The notes beneath the pieces were generated by a model. It had not been told where the DNA came from. It saw nothing but the letters and a program-made list of their open reading frames with translations, and ran no database searches. Source: Chiloscyllium plagiosum (Eukaryota). From it: a stretch of 64,000 nt of DNA. A program made the translations under genes and the position numbers. Of this stretch, positions 63,516-64,000 are shown in pieces; position 1 is the first letter of the stretch; each line of letters begins with the position of its first letter. The stretch lies in NCBI RefSeq assembly GCF_004010195.1, contig NC_057735.1, forward strand, positions 43,699,698-43,763,697. Reading direction: 5' to 3'.

Positions 63516-64000
63516 CAGTTCCCCAGGTTCCGGGGTAATCCAATAAAGTGCAAGGCTTGAACAGATTCCTTTTGTTTGCAAAGAACAACTTCATGCCTTT
63601 GAATGTATGCATCACATAGAAAGCACAAATGAACTCAACTGATTATCTTATATTGGATGGCTGCGTAACTATTACTGCACTCAGGAATACATTGACGTGA
63701 AATAGAAAATACAGACAAACAAAAACAACCATGCAGCATAATGACTTGCTACAATATGTTTATTAGATGTGTTAACACAGAGTCTGGGACCTTCCAGTCC
63801 ATGACTCAGCATCACATGCTGCTTTATGGGTATGACCTGGCGCTGGTGGCCTGAATCACTTGTTTATTTTTTATAACTGCTTTATGATTTATAAAGGTCT
63901 TCACGCAGCAGGGCTAATGGCCGAATAATAAAAGCAATGATGAAGCTTTTGAATTTCTCTGATTGATAAATCCAGTTTATAACATTGCCCTAAACAGACA

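Noticed and set aside
63936-63962. C/D snoRNA-like ATGATGA...CTGA
   Set aside because: Boxes span only ~26 nt and there is no evident host intron.

Overview
Repeat-dense vertebrate genomic DNA, most likely from a shark (HE1-type V-SINEs, CR1/HER1-type LINEs, DeuSINE relics). The only host gene I can support is a complete six-exon RPL10A (uL1) on the minus strand (CDS 50162->41750, 216/217 aa). It has a TATA + TCT/5'TOP CpG-island promoter and a short, repeat-free intron 3 containing a candidate uL1-binding autoregulatory splicing/NMD switch. The rest is layered transposon debris: many CR1 fragments (one near full length with a zinc-finger/esterase ORF1), about 16 HE1 SINEs, two very old fragmented Gypsy-like elements and a class III (ERV-L/S-like) retroviral pol remnant followed by Cys/His-rich coding-like sequence. 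The most striking pattern is at least four to five families of Penelope-like (GIY-YIG) elements. Their terminal repeats carry minimal type I hammerhead ribozyme cores (CUGANGA...GAAA-[CG/GC]-UH) and occur as tandem copies, solo repeats and TSD-flanked palindromes from 35 to about 690 bp. Repeat boundaries are by eye and approximate, and three N-gaps are present.
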